Counted from the first letter of the stretch, positions 28,417 through 39,259 are shown. The stretch: 64,000 nt of DNA from an uncultured Rickettsiales bacterium (GCA_964624555.1 CAZUXB010000004.1:5825-69824); one strand, 5' to 3'. The notes: a model not told the origin generated them from the letters alone. Numbers and translations: made by a program.

Positions 28417-28611
28417 TTACCTGCTACGGACCTGTTGAGGAGGCAATAACCTCCCGTACTTATCTACTGTTCTTGCCTCTTCCGCGGTTTCTTCGCCCGC
28501 TAGCAGCCTACCAATATATTGAACTGCTCCTTTTAATCCTTCAGGCTTTACTATTCTAGGCACAGATTGTAGCGCATCCGGCGCCCATTTTTTCTGTTCA
28601 GATTCGTCCAT
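28417..28611 (-). CDS. Hypothetical small protein (64 aa)
   Basis: ORF 37 nt upstream of the GGDEF gene on the same strand. No family recognised. Confidence 0.35.
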   Translation of the reverse strand: MDESEQKKWAPDALQSVPRIVKPEGLKGAVQYIGRLLAGEETAEEARTVDKYGRLLPPQQVRSR

Positions 28612-28784
28612 ATTATTTTATTCTTCGGTTAAGTTGTTAATTGAAATATAGCAAATCCCGGTAAAAAATACTGTTAAGATTTGATGACAAATTAATTATA
28701 GCTATAAATCAGTATGTTAGTATCATAAATAAAGCAATTTGTCCAGTGTTTTAGGTGTCTGACCATGCCTATTATATAAAATCC

Positions 28785-28812
28785 TTGAACCTGGTGCAAA
28801 ATTGTGTATATT
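28785..28812 (+). promoter_or_regulatory. Candidate sigma-70 promoter of the rimP-nusA-infB leader
   Basis: TTGAAC (28785-28790), 16-nt spacer, TATATT (28807-28812). Confidence 0.45.
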
Positions 28813-28823
28813 AACAAAATTGG

Positions 28824-28851
28824 AAGGTGGGCCTGTTTGCCCGCCTTTTTT
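28824..28851 (+). terminator. Intrinsic terminator / attenuator in the rimP-nusA leader
   Basis: aaggtgggc-ctgttt-gcccgcctt followed by TTTTTT, only ~15 nt downstream of the candidate -10 and 45 nt upstream of the rimP ATG. Confidence 0.6.
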
Positions 28852-28896
28852 ATTTCTTGGAGTTTTATTTAGTCCTGTGCGTTGTTAGGTTGTGTA

Positions 28897-29397
28897 ATGG
28901 ACGTAGTGTCGAAAATAGTCGAGATTATCGAGCCGTCGGTGGATGCGCTGGGTTACAGGCTGGTGCAGGTGAAGCTGGCCGATAGTGCCAAGCGCAAAAC
29001 GCTGATGGTGATGGCCGAACGCAAAGACGATGTGATGATGGGCTTTGATGACTGCACGGAAATAAGTAACACCGTTTCCGCGCTGCTTGATGTGGAGGAG
29101 CCGATTTCCGGGGCTTATAACCTCGAGGTCTGCTCGCCGGGAATTGACCGCCCGCTGACCAAACGTGAGGATTATACGCGTTATGCGGGCTATGAAATAA
29201 AGGCGGAGACGATAATACCGGTGAATAACCGCAAGCGTTTCAAAGGAGCGCTTAAAGGGATAAAAGGGGACGAGATTACAATGGTGGTGGATGGGACGGA
29301 AATGAAATTTCCCTTTACCCATGTAAAAACCGCCAAGTTAGTGATGAATGACGAATTAGTTGCAAATTTTTTAAAGAAACAAAAAGTGAAAGGATAA
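28897..29397 (+). CDS. rimP: Ribosome maturation factor RimP
   Basis: IVEIIEPSVDALGYRLVQVKL and SPGIDRPL. I chose the ATG at 28897; the ORF track starts at a TTG at 28882. Confidence 0.9.
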   Translation: MDVVSKIVEIIEPSVDALGYRLVQVKLADSAKRKTLMVMAERKDDVMMGFDDCTEISNTVSALLDVEEPISGAYNLEVCSPGIDRPLTKREDYTRYAGYEIKAETIIPVNNRKRFKGALKGIKGDEITMVVDGTEMKFPFTHVKTAKLVMNDELVANFLKKQKVKG

Positions 29398-29401
29398 TAC
29401 A

Positions 29402-30916
29402 ATGAGTGCCACCCAGCCGATTTACGGAAGTAGCGAATTGCTGCAAATTGCCGATGCTGTTGCCCGCGAGAAAGGACTGCCGAAAGATGCGGTTATCGAC
29501 GCGATGGAACAGGCCGTGCAGGTTGCCGGACGCCGCAAATACGGGCATGAGCATAATATCCGCGCCGAGATCGATAAGAAATCCGGCGAAATAAAACTGT
29601 ACCGTATCCGCACCGTGGTGGAAGCCATAGAAAACGAAACCACTGAGCTTACCCTAGCGCAGGCGAAAAAGATCAGCAAGGAAGCTGAACTTGGTGATGA
29701 AATAAAAGACCTGCTGCCGCCGATCGATTTCGGCCGCGTTGCCGCCCAGACCGCGAAACAGGTGGTATTACAGAAGGTGCGGGATGCCGAACGCGAAAAA
29801 CAATTCGCCGAATTCAAAGACAAGATTGGCGAGATTATTTCTGGCGTGGTGAAACGCGTGGAGTATGGCAACGTGGTGGTGGACTTTGGCCGCACCGAAG
29901 CGATGATCCGCCGCGATGACCTGATTCCTAGGGAAATTTTCCGCACCGGCGACCGCATCCGCGCCTATATCGCCGATGTGCGCCGCGAAAAAACCGGCCC
30001 GCAAATTTTCCTTTCTCGTACCCATCCTGATTTCCTCGCCAGCCTGTTTGCGCAGGAAGTGCCGGAAATTTATGACGGCATCATCGTGATAAAAGCTGTG
30101 GCCCGCGACCCCGGTTCACGCGCGAAAATCGCGGTTATCTCCAAAGACGCCAGCGTCAACCCTGTACTCTCCTGTGTGGGCGTGCGTGGTTCACGCGTGC
30201 AGGCGGTGGTTGGCGAACTTCAGGGCGAAAAGATCGATATCATCGAATGGTCGCCGGATCCGGCTACTTTCGTGGTCAACGCGCTTTCTTCCGCGGAAGT
30301 GAGCAAAGTAGTTATTGACGAAAATAAAGGCCGTATTGAAGTGGTGGTGCCGGATGACCAGCTTTCCCTGGCCATTGGCCGCCGTGGCCAGAACGTGCGC
30401 CTTGCCTCGCAACTGGTCGGCTGGAGCATAGATATCCTTACCGAAGCAGTGGAATCCGAGCGCCGAGCTGAAGAATTTAACAAGCTGTCACAGCTCTTTG
30501 TGGAAGCACTGGATGTGGAAGAAGTTATAGCCCATCTGCTTGTCACCGAAGGCTTTACTTCTATCGAAGAAGTGGCTTTCATCCCGGTTTCTGACCTCGC
30601 CTCCATCGAAGGTTTTGATGATAACGTAGCCGAGGAATTGCATAACCGTGCCCAGAACTGGCTCAAAGCCGAGCAGCATAACCGCGAAGTCAAACTCAAG
30701 GAAATGGGAATTGAAGCCTCGCTGCTTGATTTTGTTAACAATAACGCATTGATGAAACCGGAATGGCTTGATAATTTTGGTAAGAACAAAATCCTTACCC
30801 TTGATGATCTTGCCGATCTTTCAACCGCTGAACTTCTTGATATACTGCCATCAGGAGCCTTGAGCTCGGAAGATGCCGGTAACCTTATCATGGCGGCAAG
30901 GGCGAGCTGGGAGTAG
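29402..30916 (+). CDS. nusA: Transcription termination/antitermination factor NusA
   Basis: [11 protein letters not shown]1 and KH regions ([15 protein letters not shown]) and C-terminal acidic repeats. Confidence 0.97.
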   Translation: MSATQPIYGSSELLQIADAVAREKGLPKDAVIDAMEQAVQVAGRRKYGHEHNIRAEIDKKSGEIKLYRIRTVVEAIENETTELTLAQAKKISKEAELGDEIKDLLPPIDFGRVAAQTAKQVVLQKVRDAEREKQFAEFKDKIGEIISGVVKRVEYGNVVVDFGRTEAMIRRDDLIPREIFRTGDRIRAYIADVRREKTGPQIFLSRTHPDFLASLFAQEVPEIYDGIIVIKAVARDPGSRAKIAVISKDASVNPVLSCVGVRGSRVQAVVGELQGEKIDIIEWSPDPATFVVNALSSAEVSKVVIDENKGRIEVVVPDDQLSLAIGRRGQNVRLASQLVGWSIDILTEAVESERRAEEFNKLSQLFVEALDVEEVIAHLLVTEGFTSIEEVAFIPVSDLASIEGFDDNVAEELHNRAQNWLKAEQHNREVKLKEMGIEASLLDFVNNNALMKPEWLDNFGKNKILTLDDLADLSTAELLDILPSGALSSEDAGNLIMAARASWE

Positions 30917-30982
30917 GTGTGTGAGTGTGGGTGCGAGTGTTGGTGTAGTAGAAAACACTAGCACTAACACTCACACTAACAC
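30917..30982. repeat. Tandem-hexamer hairpin (GTGTnn / CACTnn)
   Basis: gtgtga gtgtgg gtgcga gtgttg gtgtag ... cactag cactaa cactca cactaa cac. About 21/27 complementary. Begins at the base after the nusA stop. Confidence 0.8.
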
Positions 30983-31012
30983 TATAATGTCATAAACTAA
31001 GAAACGAAAAAC

Positions 31013-33556
31013 ATGACCGACGATAACGTAAAAAAAGATACACTGAAAGTAGCCAACCCGGGAAGGTTGCAGCTTACCAAAACCGTCGAAAGCGGTAAGG
31101 TGAAGCAGAGCTTCACGCATGGCCGTTCCAAATCGGTCACGGTGGAAGTGCGCAAAACCCGTACCTTTACTCAGGGCGCCGGAAGCGGGGCTATGGTCGA
31201 GGTGAAACCCAGCTCAGGAGTTTTTGCTGCGCGAAGTACCAATTCTGATAGTGATGATGAGGCAATGCGCCACCTCACTAATGAGGAGCGTCAGAGTAGA
31301 CTTAAGGCTTTAAAACTTGCCGAAGAACAAATGAAGATTGAGGCGGAGCTTGCTGCCAAGCGTCGCGAGGAAGAAAAGCATGCACGCGCCCTGCGCGGTG
31401 AGAGTGAAGATAGCGAAAAAGAAGCAGAAGAAAAAACCATCAAGTCAGATGTGGTGATTCCGCCACCGTCTGGTATCGTTACACCTATAAAATCTGAGCC
31501 TAAATTAAGCGTAAGCAAGCCAGCACCTGCTGCTGCCCAGCCTAATAATGGCATTACCGTTTCCCCAAAACTACACGGAAAAACCCTGCATCACGCGCCG
31601 ATTGAAGAAGTCGAGCAGAAGGAAAAAGGCGGCAAACTCAAGCTGCGTGGTGGTGAAGACCGCCGTTCTTCCGGTAAGATAACTGTCAACCAGGCTCTAT
31701 CTAATATTGAGGAGCAGCGTGTACGTTCTCTGGCCTCCATCCGCCGTGCCCGCGAAAAAGCCATCAAAAAAGCGATGGGCAAATCCACTGAATCGGAAAA
31801 AGTCCTCCGCGATGTGGTGATACCGGAAGCTATCAGCGTTGGTGACCTCGCCAACCGTATGGCTGAACGCACCGTGGATGTAATAAAAGTGCTGATGAAA
31901 CTCGGTATCATGGCCACCGCCACCCAGAATATCGACGCCGATACCGCCGAACTGGTGGTTGGTGAATTCGGCCATAAATTCAAGCGCGTTGCTGAAGGTG
32001 ACGTGGAAAATATTTTAAAAGATGAGCAGGAAGATGCCGAAAGCATGTTGCCGCGCCCCCCGATAGTTACCATCATGGGCCACGTGGACCACGGTAAAAC
32101 CTCGCTGCTTGATGCGCTACGTAAAACCGATGTTGTGGCCAAAGAAGCCGGTGGCATCACCCAGCATATCGGCGCGTACCAGATCGAGGTCGAGGGTGGC
32201 CAGAAAGTTACTTTCCTCGATACTCCCGGCCACGAAGCCTTTACCGCAATGCGCGCGCGCGGTGCGAAAATTACCGATATCGTGGTGCTGGTGGTAGCGG
32301 CTGATGACGGTATCATGGAACAGACCAAGGAAGCGATCGCTCATGCTAAAGCAGCCGGTGTGCCTATCGTTGTTGCGGTGAATAAAATTGATAAGCCGGG
32401 TGCTGATTCCAGCCGTGTGAAACAGGAGCTGATGCAGTATGAGCTGGTTCCTGAAGAGTTCGGCGGCGATACCATGGTGGTGGAAGTGTCGGCCAAAACC
32501 GGGCAAAATCTTGATAAACTTGTGGAAACTATCCTGCTGCAGGCGGAAGTTCTCGAACTCAAAGCCAACCCTAACCGCGTGGCGGCGGGGGTTGTGGTGG
32601 AAGCCAAGCTCGATCAGGGTAAAGGTGTTGTCACCACTATCCTCGTGCAGAAAGGTACGCTCAAAGTTGGCGATATAGTGGTTGCCGGTGCGGCTTACGG
32701 AAAAGTACGCACTATAGTTGACGATAAAAATAATACGCTCAAGGATGCTATTCCCGGTATGCCAGTAGTGATACTGGGTTTAAGCCAGGCGCCAGATGCC
32801 GGTGATGTGTTCTCGGTGGTGGAAAATGAAAAGACTGCGCGCGATATCGCTGAATACCGCGAACGCCGCATCCGCGATAAAAACGTGGTTCTTTCCACAC
32901 GCTCGCTGGATAACCTGTTCGGCGAGGCCGCCGGAACCAACGCCAAGGAACTTTCGGTTATCATCAAAGGTGATGTGCAGGGCTCGGTGGAAGCCATCGC
33001 AGGTTCAGTAGCCAAATATTCTGGCGATGAAGTGGCTGTGCGTGTGCTGCATAGCGGCGTGGGTGCTATCACCGAATCCGATATTACTCTAGCAAAAGCA
33101 ACCGGTGCGATGATAATAGCCTTTAACGTGCGTGCCGCCCCCAAAGCCAAGGAATTGGCGGTTAAGGAAAAGGTCAATATCCGCTATTATTCCATCATCT
33201 ATAATGTTGTTGATGATGTGAAGGCCGCGCTTTCAGGAATGTTATCGCCGACATTGCGCGAAAACTTCCTTGGTTACGCACAAATCCGCGAAGTATTCAA
33301 TATCAGCAAAGCCGGGAAAATTGCCGGTTGTATGGTTACTGACGGGCTCATTAAGCGTGGCGCGAAGGTGCGCTTGCTGCGTGACAATGTGGTGATCCAC
33401 GAAGGCACACTCAAGACACTGAAACGCTTCAAAGACGAGGTGAAGGAAGTCAAAAGCGGGCTGGAATGCGGTATGGCCTTCGAAAATTACGAAGATATCC
33501 GCATCGGCGACCAGATCGAGGCATTTGAAATTGAGGAAACAGCAAGGACAGTATAG
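31013..33556 (+). CDS. infB: Translation initiation factor IF-2
   Basis: [20 protein letters not shown] and NKIDK G-domain motifs; 847 aa. Confidence 0.97.
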   Translation: MTDDNVKKDTLKVANPGRLQLTKTVESGKVKQSFTHGRSKSVTVEVRKTRTFTQGAGSGAMVEVKPSSGVFAARSTNSDSDDEAMRHLTNEERQSRLKALKLAEEQMKIEAELAAKRREEEKHARALRGESEDSEKEAEEKTIKSDVVIPPPSGIVTPIKSEPKLSVSKPAPAAAQPNNGITVSPKLHGKTLHHAPIEEVEQKEKGGKLKLRGGEDRRSSGKITVNQALSNIEEQRVRSLASIRRAREKAIKKAMGKSTESEKVLRDVVIPEAISVGDLANRMAERTVDVIKVLMKLGIMATATQNIDADTAELVVGEFGHKFKRVAEGDVENILKDEQEDAESMLPRPPIVTIMGHVDHGKTSLLDALRKTDVVAKEAGGITQHIGAYQIEVEGGQKVTFLDTPGHEAFTAMRARGAKITDIVVLVVAADDGIMEQTKEAIAHAKAAGVPIVVAVNKIDKPGADSSRVKQELMQYELVPEEFGGDTMVVEVSAKTGQNLDKLVETILLQAEVLELKANPNRVAAGVVVEAKLDQGKGVVTTILVQKGTLKVGDIVVAGAAYGKVRTIVDDKNNTLKDAIPGMPVVILGLSQAPDAGDVFSVVENEKTARDIAEYRERRIRDKNVVLSTRSLDNLFGEAAGTNAKELSVIIKGDVQGSVEAIAGSVAKYSGDEVAVRVLHSGVGAITESDITLAKATGAMIIAFNVRAAPKAKELAVKEKVNIRYYSIIYNVVDDVKAALSGMLSPTLRENFLGYAQIREVFNISKAGKIAGCMVTDGLIKRGAKVRLLRDNVVIHEGTLKTLKRFKDEVKEVKSGLECGMAFENYEDIRIGDQIEAFEIEETARTV

Positions 33557-33560
33557 GGAG

Positions 33561-33602
33561 CGTAAAACGTTTTACGTAAAACGTAATACGGCTTACGAAT
33601 TA
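33561..33602. repeat. Array of six degenerate heptamers (CGTnnnA), partly self-complementary
   Basis: cgtaaaa cgtttta cgtaaaa cgtaata cggctta cgaatta. Fills the infB-rbfA gap. Confidence 0.7.
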
Positions 33603-33604
33603 AG

Positions 33605-34000
33605 ATGCACGATTTATTTACCGAAAAAAAAACAAGTGGCGGCCAGCGCAATTTGCGCGTGGGGGAAGAAATCCGCCATGCCCTCGCCGATATTTTTATG
33701 CGCGGGGAAGTGCATTCCATGGATATTATTTCCAGCTCCATCACCGTGTCGGAAGTGCGCGTAAGCCCCGACCTGAAGAACGCCACCGCTTATGTTATGC
33801 CGCTCGCCGGAAAGAATAAACATGAGCTCATAACCGCGCTGAAAATAGCATCACCGGAACTGCGCCACCTTGTTTCCAAACGCGTAAAACTGCGCCATGT
33901 GCCGAAAATATTCTTCGCCCTTGATGATTCGTATGACGAGGCCGAACGCATCAGCAACCTGCTCAAAAAACCGGAAGTTATTCGCGATATCGAGAAATAG
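33605..34000 (+). CDS. rbfA: Ribosome-binding factor A
   Basis: RNLRVGEEIRHALADIF...ITVSEVRVSPDLKNATAYV. Confidence 0.92.
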   Translation: MHDLFTEKKTSGGQRNLRVGEEIRHALADIFMRGEVHSMDIISSSITVSEVRVSPDLKNATAYVMPLAGKNKHELITALKIASPELRHLVSKRVKLRHVPKIFFALDDSYDEAERISNLLKKPEVIRDIEK

Positions 34001-34017
34001 CATATGGCTGAGTAATT

Positions 34018-34626
34018 ATGGCAGATAACCAAAAAAACTTCGAAGATGTAGTTAAACTTTTAGATAAAAGATCTGGTGGGGATGGTAAAGTTAAAGAACA
34101 ATTATCAGTATACAAAGACGGTGCGACAAGGCTAGCAGAAGAAGGTTTTTCATTTGCTTCGCAGTTTGCTGCCATAGAATCCTTGCATGATTTGGATATT
34201 GCCGCCGGGCAGGCGGTGTATAAAGGCATGATATCTAACCCACTGCTGCATATAGATTTAAAAAAAGAGCATGAAATAAGTTTTGCCGAACAATTTGCGG
34301 CAGCGGTTATGGTCTATGATACTGTGAGCAAGGAAAATATCTATTTAGCTGATATACAAGATATTTACGATGAAACTCGTACTGGAGGTTTGGTATTAAA
34401 TTCTCAGAAGTTAGAAGGGTTGAAAAGATATTATCATAAAGATTTAGGAGCTTATTGTATTTCTGATGAATCTGGCCCAGAACCATATACAGATCTAAGG
34501 AATAAGATAGCTGTATTTGAGACAGGTGCATTTGTTGCATCTATTACAAAAGATACTGAAGGTGCAGCAATACAAAGGGGATCTGGTACAATTACAGACC
34601 CTAGAATAAAGAATAAACACGAATAA
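34018..34626 (+). CDS. Hypothetical protein (202 aa), AT-rich
   Basis: ORF 17 nt after rbfA. No family recognised. Confidence 0.55.
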   Translation: MADNQKNFEDVVKLLDKRSGGDGKVKEQLSVYKDGATRLAEEGFSFASQFAAIESLHDLDIAAGQAVYKGMISNPLLHIDLKKEHEISFAEQFAAAVMVYDTVSKENIYLADIQDIYDETRTGGLVLNSQKLEGLKRYYHKDLGAYCISDESGPEPYTDLRNKIAVFETGAFVASITKDTEGAAIQRGSGTITDPRIKNKHE

Positions 34627-34697
34627 TGGACGGCTGGATAAACCTTGGTTTGTTGCTTATTAAAGAATGCCGGAGCAATTTTTTTATATAGTGTAAT

Positions 34698-35807
34698 ATG
34701 ACAATGAATAATAGAGAGTTACAACAATTTACAAGTAACCGGCTAGTTGGGATCGAAATTATCCGTTTTTTGTCGGCTATTGCCATTCTTTTTATGCACT
34801 ATTCCAGCTTGTCTACAGTGGATGGCAAATTTGTTAGGCCATCCTTAGAGAATCTTCCATTCTATTCTTTTTTTCATGTTTTATACAATCATGGTCACAT
34901 GGGAGTGCAGTTTTTTTGGGGTATCAGCGGTTTTATATTTTTTTATAAATACCGGGAATCAATAAACCAAGGTTTAGTGACTGGAAAAAAGTTTTTTATA
35001 TTAAGATTTTCCAGATTGTACCCATTACATTTAGTAACACTACTGTTAATTTCCCTGTTGCAGTTACTATATCCGCATTTAACAGGGCATCCTTCGGTTT
35101 TGGCAACCCATAACAGTCTTTTTCTTTTTATCCTTCAGCTTTTTATGGCCAGTAATTGGGGCTTTGAAAAAACAAGCCTTTTTGCGGCAGAAGGAATATA
35201 CAGTTTTAACGGTGTAATTTGGTCTGTTTCGGTAGAAATATTAGTTTATTTTATATTCTTTATGCTTCTGCGTTATGTCAGTAAGTCGATATTTGTTAAT
35301 ATAATTATTATATGTTTTTTTACAGTATTAGCCGTGAATTACGAAGTGTTTAGCTGTATGGTATATTTTTACACTGGGGGATTGTCAGCAATCGCAACCA
35401 AGTTTATAAAATCTACCAAAAAAAACAAAGATATAATTTGGATATCCTGGGTTTTTGTAATCGTAACACCGATTTTTATATGGAGCTTTGCATTGCAACC
35501 GGATAGTATTTTTTATCTTCTATATATACCTGTATGCTTATTTTGTTTTTCTCAAGAGTTGCCGTTAAATAACTATACAAAAAAAACTATTGAAACTGCA
35601 GGAAATCTTACCTATTCCAGCTATCTTTTGCATTGCCCAATGCAAATAGTAATATCCTTGTTTTTCTTCTATGTGGGAATAGCAGTGCCAATATACAATC
35701 CATTTTTCTTTATAGCTTATATGGCTACTATGTTAATCTTATCTTATTACACGTATAGATATTTTGAGGTTCCTGTTCAAAATATTATCAGAAAAAAATT
35801 ACTTTAA
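34698..35807 (+). CDS. Acyltransferase family 3 (O-acyltransferase) integral membrane protein
   Basis: RLVGIEIIRFLSAIAILFMH...GVQFFWGISGFIF...RFSRLYPLH and about 10 transmembrane segments. AT-rich: hand count 18/60 G+C in 35221-35280. Confidence 0.8.
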   Translation: MTMNNRELQQFTSNRLVGIEIIRFLSAIAILFMHYSSLSTVDGKFVRPSLENLPFYSFFHVLYNHGHMGVQFFWGISGFIFFYKYRESINQGLVTGKKFFILRFSRLYPLHLVTLLLISLLQLLYPHLTGHPSVLATHNSLFLFILQLFMASNWGFEKTSLFAAEGIYSFNGVIWSVSVEILVYFIFFMLLRYVSKSIFVNIIIICFFTVLAVNYEVFSCMVYFYTGGLSAIATKFIKSTKKNKDIIWISWVFVIVTPIFIWSFALQPDSIFYLLYIPVCLFCFSQELPLNNYTKKTIETAGNLTYSSYLLHCPMQIVISLFFFYVGIAVPIYNPFFFIAYMATMLILSYYTYRYFEVPVQNIIRKKLL

Positions 35808-35809
35808 AT

Positions 35810-36631
35810 ATGCTTATGGAGTTAAACGGCTGGATAAACCTCGATAAACCGCTGGGGATTAGTTCGGCGCATGCGGTGGCGAAGGTGAAATGGCTGCTTA
35901 CCTCCCACCTTAGGGGGGAGGCAAGGAGGGGGGCTGAATTGGCTCAGTCCGAGCAAGTAAGCCCTCACCCTGGCCCTCTCCCTAAGGGAGAGGGGAGAAA
36001 GATAAAGATCGGCCACGCGGGAACGCTGGACCCGCTGGCATCGGGCATACTACCGCTGGCGCTGGGCAAAGCTACTAAAAGCGTTGAGCAGATGATGGGT
36101 TGTGAGAAGGCGTATATTTTTACCGTAACCTGGGGGCAGGAGAGGGCAACTGACGATGCAGCGGGAGATGTTATCGCCGAGTCCGCTGCCAGCCCGAGCA
36201 GGGCAGATATAGAAAAAATACTGCCCCAGTTCATTGGCGAAATATTACAGGTGCCCCCCAATTTTTCTGCCATAAAACTCGATGGAAAAAGGGCTTATGA
36301 CATGGCGCGCAAAGGGCAGGTGGTGGAGATAAAACCACGTAATGTTATTGTAAAATCACTAGAAATCACTTCACTGACAACTGACAACAGACAACTGACC
36401 ACCACCTTCCTCTGTCACTGCGGTAGGGGCACCTATATTCGCTCTCTGGCGCGGGATATGGGCAGGATTTTGGGCTGTTACGGCTATGTTTCGGCACTTC
36501 GCAGGACAAAAGTCGGTAAATTTACGGAAAACAATGCGATTTCGCTGGAAATCTTAGAAAATATGGTGCATAAAGGCTCACTTGATTTTTTGCAACCTGT
36601 GGAATTCGTGCTGGACGACATCTTGGCATGA
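35810..36631 (+). CDS. truB: tRNA pseudouridine-55 synthase TruB, carrying an in-frame repeat-element insertion
   Basis: NGWINLDKPLGISS, GHAGTLDPLASGILPLALGKATK and CGRGTYIRSLARDMG. 33 extra residues (TSHLRGEARRGAELAQSEQVSPHPGPLPKGEGR) sit between KVKWLL and KIKIGHAGTLDP. Confidence 0.93.
   Translation: MLMELNGWINLDKPLGISSAHAVAKVKWLLTSHLRGEARRGAELAQSEQVSPHPGPLPKGEGRKIKIGHAGTLDPLASGILPLALGKATKSVEQMMGCEKAYIFTVTWGQERATDDAAGDVIAESAASPSRADIEKILPQFIGEILQVPPNFSAIKLDGKRAYDMARKGQVVEIKPRNVIVKSLEITSLTTDNRQLTTTFLCHCGRGTYIRSLARDMGRILGCYGYVSALRRTKVGKFTENNAISLEILENMVHKGSLDFLQPVEFVLDDILA
35900..35998 (-). repeat. Three-stem palindromic element inserted in-frame inside truB (reverse orientation)
   Basis: cctccc-acctta-gggggagg ... 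agccctcaccctggccctctcc-cta-agggagagggg is the reverse complement of the intergenic copies. About 99 nt = 33 codons. Confidence 0.8.
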
Positions 36632-36662
36632 ATGAAACTTGGTGTTTGTGTTTAATTTAAAA

Positions 36663-36741
36663 GCGGACAGCGGTCGGCGATCAGCGGTCGGTAAGAAAGT
36701 CTTACTAATCCTGGCCACTGACAACTGACCACTGACAACTG
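36663..36741. repeat. Tandem-heptamer hairpin (GCGGnCn / CTGACnA)
   Basis: gcggaca gcggtcg gcgatca gcggtcg gtaag-aaagt-cttac ... cactgac aactgac cactgac aactg. Imperfect stem; perfect 5-bp apex gtaag/cttac. Confidence 0.65.
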
Positions 36742-36755
36742 AAAGGGAAGCTACG

Positions 36756-37022
36756 ATGTCGCCACAAGCTAAGAAAAAAGATACTATAAAGGCCTACGCA
36801 ACCAAAAAAGATGATACCGGTTCACCGGAAGTTCAGGTAGCCCTGCTTACCGACCGCATCAACCATTTAACCGAGCATTTCACCAGCCACAAGAATGACC
36901 ATCATTCCCGTCGTGGCCTGCTGATCCTCGTTGGCCGCCGCCGCCGCCTTCTTGACTATTTAAAGAGAAGCGATAACGCCCGCTACGAAGCGTTGATCAA
37001 GAAATTAGGTATCCGTAAATAA
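36756..37022 (+). CDS. rpsO: 30S ribosomal protein S15
   Basis: [33 protein letters not shown]. Confidence 0.97.
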   Translation: MSPQAKKKDTIKAYATKKDDTGSPEVQVALLTDRINHLTEHFTSHKNDHHSRRGLLILVGRRRRLLDYLKRSDNARYEALIKKLGIRK

Positions 37023-37024
37023 TT

Positions 37025-37096
37025 GGTGTTAGTGTGGGTGTGAGTGTTGGTGTAAAGCCAAAACTTCACTCACACTACCATTCACACTCACACAAC
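37025..37096. repeat. Tandem-hexamer hairpin (GTGTnn / CACnnn), homologous to 30917-30982
   Basis: gtgtta gtgtgg gtgtga gtgttg gtgtaa ... cactca cactac cattca cactca cac. Confidence 0.75.
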
Positions 37097-37121
37097 TAAG
37101 CAGGAAGAGAGATATAAAATT

Positions 37122-39254
37122 ATGTTTAATGTAACGAAGAAATCAATTGAATGGGGTGGCCGCACACTAACACTTGAAACCGGAAAAATAGCCCGCCAGG
37201 CCGATGGCGCAGTACTCGCAACCTATGGCAATACCGTGGTACTCTGCACCGTAGTTGCCGCAAAAAAACCAAAAGCTGATGTTGATTTCTTCCCGCTTAC
37301 CGTAAACTATCAGGAAAAAGCCTTCGCCGCCGGTAAAATTCCCGGTGGCTTTTTCAAACGTGAAGGCCGCCCGACTGAAAAAGAAGTGCTGACCTCGCGT
37401 CTGATCGACCGCCCGATCCGCCCATTATTCCCCAATGGATTCTACAACGAAACACAGGTTGTGTGCACATTGCTTTCTCACGACATGCAGAATGATCCGG
37501 ATATCGTTTCTATGATCGGCGCATCGGCTGCACTAACACTTTCCGGTGTTCCCTTCATGGGCCCGGTATTTGGTGCCCGTGTTGGTTATGTGAACGGCGA
37601 ATATATGCTCAACCCAACCCGTGCTGAACTGCTTGATAGCAAGCTCGACCTCGTGGTTGCCGGTACTCGCACTTCTGTTCTCATGGTTGAATCAGAAGCG
37701 CAGGAACTTTCTGAAGAAGTGATGCTTGGCGCCGTGACCTACGGCCACAAGGAATCACAGGCCGTTATCAAAATGATCATTGAGCTTGCTGAGGCCGCTG
37801 CCAAAGAACCGTGGGATTTCAAAAAACCCGAAGATGCCGAGCTCGAAGCGAAAGTTCGCGCCGCTGCGGAAGCAGACCTGCGCGCCGCTTATAAGCTCAC
37901 CGGCAAACAGGATCGCTCCAACCGTCTTGATGAAATTAAAACCGCTGTCAAAGAAAAACTCGGCGGCGAAAACGGCTATGATGATAAAACCCTCGGCAAC
38001 CAGATCAAAAAACTGGAACAGGACATCGTGCGCACCGCCTATGTGGAAAACAAAGTGCGTATCGATGGCCGCGGCCCAGCCGATATCCGCCAGATAGTCA
38101 GCGAAGTTGGAGTTCTGCCTATGACCCACGGTTCGGCGCTGTTCACCCGCGGTGAAACACAGGCCGTAGTTGTTGCCACGCTCGGCACCAGCCAGGATGA
38201 ACAGGTCATTGACGCGCTGGAAGGCGAATATCGCGAGAACTTCATGCTCCACTACAATTTCCCGCCATACTCAACCGGTGAAACTGGCCGCCTTGGTTCG
38301 CCAGGACGCCGTGAAATTGGTCATGGCAAACTGGCATGGCGCGCGGTACACCCGATGCTGCCGGAAAAAGAAGAATTCCCCTACACGCTGCGCTGCGTAT
38401 CGGAAATCACGGAATCGAACGGTTCATCTTCGATGGCGACCGTGTGCGGTAGCTCATTGGCGCTGATGGATGCCGGTGTGCCGCTGAAACGCCCGGTTGC
38501 CGGTATCGCGATGGGCCTCATAAAAGAAAAATCCGGTTTCATCGTTCTTTCCGATATCCTTGGTGATGAAGATCATCTCGGCGATATGGATTTCAAAGTG
38601 GCTGGTACGTCTGACGGTATCACTGCATTGCAGATGGATATCAAGATTGATGGCATCACCGAAGAGATCATGAAGGTGGCGCTGACTCAGGCAAATGCCG
38701 GACGCAAGCACATCTTGGGCGAAATGGGCAAAGCGCTTTCCGCCCCGCGTGAATCTGTGGGCAGCACTGCGCCACGTATCACCACCATGAGCATACCGAA
38801 AGATAAAATTCGCGAAGTTATCGGCTCCGGCGGTAAAGTTATACGCGAAATCTGCGAAGTGACCGGCGCGAAAGTGGACATTGAAGATGACGGTACCGTG
38901 CGTATCGCTGCAACTTCGGAAGAAGCTGGAAAAAAGGCTTACGACTGGATATACGGCATCGTTGCTGAGCCGGAAGTTGGTCAGATACATAGCGGCAAGG
39001 TTGTGCGCGTGGTTGATTTCGGCGCCTTCGTGAACTTCTTCGGTGCGAAAGATGGCCTTGTGCATATCAGTGAACTGGCTGACCACCGCGTAAATAAAGT
39101 TGAAGACGTTGTAAAAGAAGGCGACACAGTGAAGGTGAAGGTTCTCGATATTGACAACCGTGGCAAGATCCGCCTCTCCATGCGGGTTGTGAACCAGGAA
39201 ACTGGCGAGGACATGTCTGACAGCATGCCATCACGCGAAAAGAAAGCCCAGTAG
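37122..39254 (+). CDS. pnp: Polyribonucleotide nucleotidyltransferase (PNPase)
   Basis: Two RNase PH domains, then KH and S1 ([15 protein letters not shown]); 710 aa. Confidence 0.97.
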   Translation: MFNVTKKSIEWGGRTLTLETGKIARQADGAVLATYGNTVVLCTVVAAKKPKADVDFFPLTVNYQEKAFAAGKIPGGFFKREGRPTEKEVLTSRLIDRPIRPLFPNGFYNETQVVCTLLSHDMQNDPDIVSMIGASAALTLSGVPFMGPVFGARVGYVNGEYMLNPTRAELLDSKLDLVVAGTRTSVLMVESEAQELSEEVMLGAVTYGHKESQAVIKMIIELAEAAAKEPWDFKKPEDAELEAKVRAAAEADLRAAYKLTGKQDRSNRLDEIKTAVKEKLGGENGYDDKTLGNQIKKLEQDIVRTAYVENKVRIDGRGPADIRQIVSEVGVLPMTHGSALFTRGETQAVVVATLGTSQDEQVIDALEGEYRENFMLHYNFPPYSTGETGRLGSPGRREIGHGKLAWRAVHPMLPEKEEFPYTLRCVSEITESNGSSSMATVCGSSLALMDAGVPLKRPVAGIAMGLIKEKSGFIVLSDILGDEDHLGDMDFKVAGTSDGITALQMDIKIDGITEEIMKVALTQANAGRKHILGEMGKALSAPRESVGSTAPRITTMSIPKDKIREVIGSGGKVIREICEVTGAKVDIEDDGTVRIAATSEEAGKKAYDWIYGIVAEPEVGQIHSGKVVRVVDFGAFVNFFGAKDGLVHISELADHRVNKVEDVVKEGDTVKVKVLDIDNRGKIRLSMRVVNQETGEDMSDSMPSREKKAQ

Positions 39255-39259
39255 AAAAT

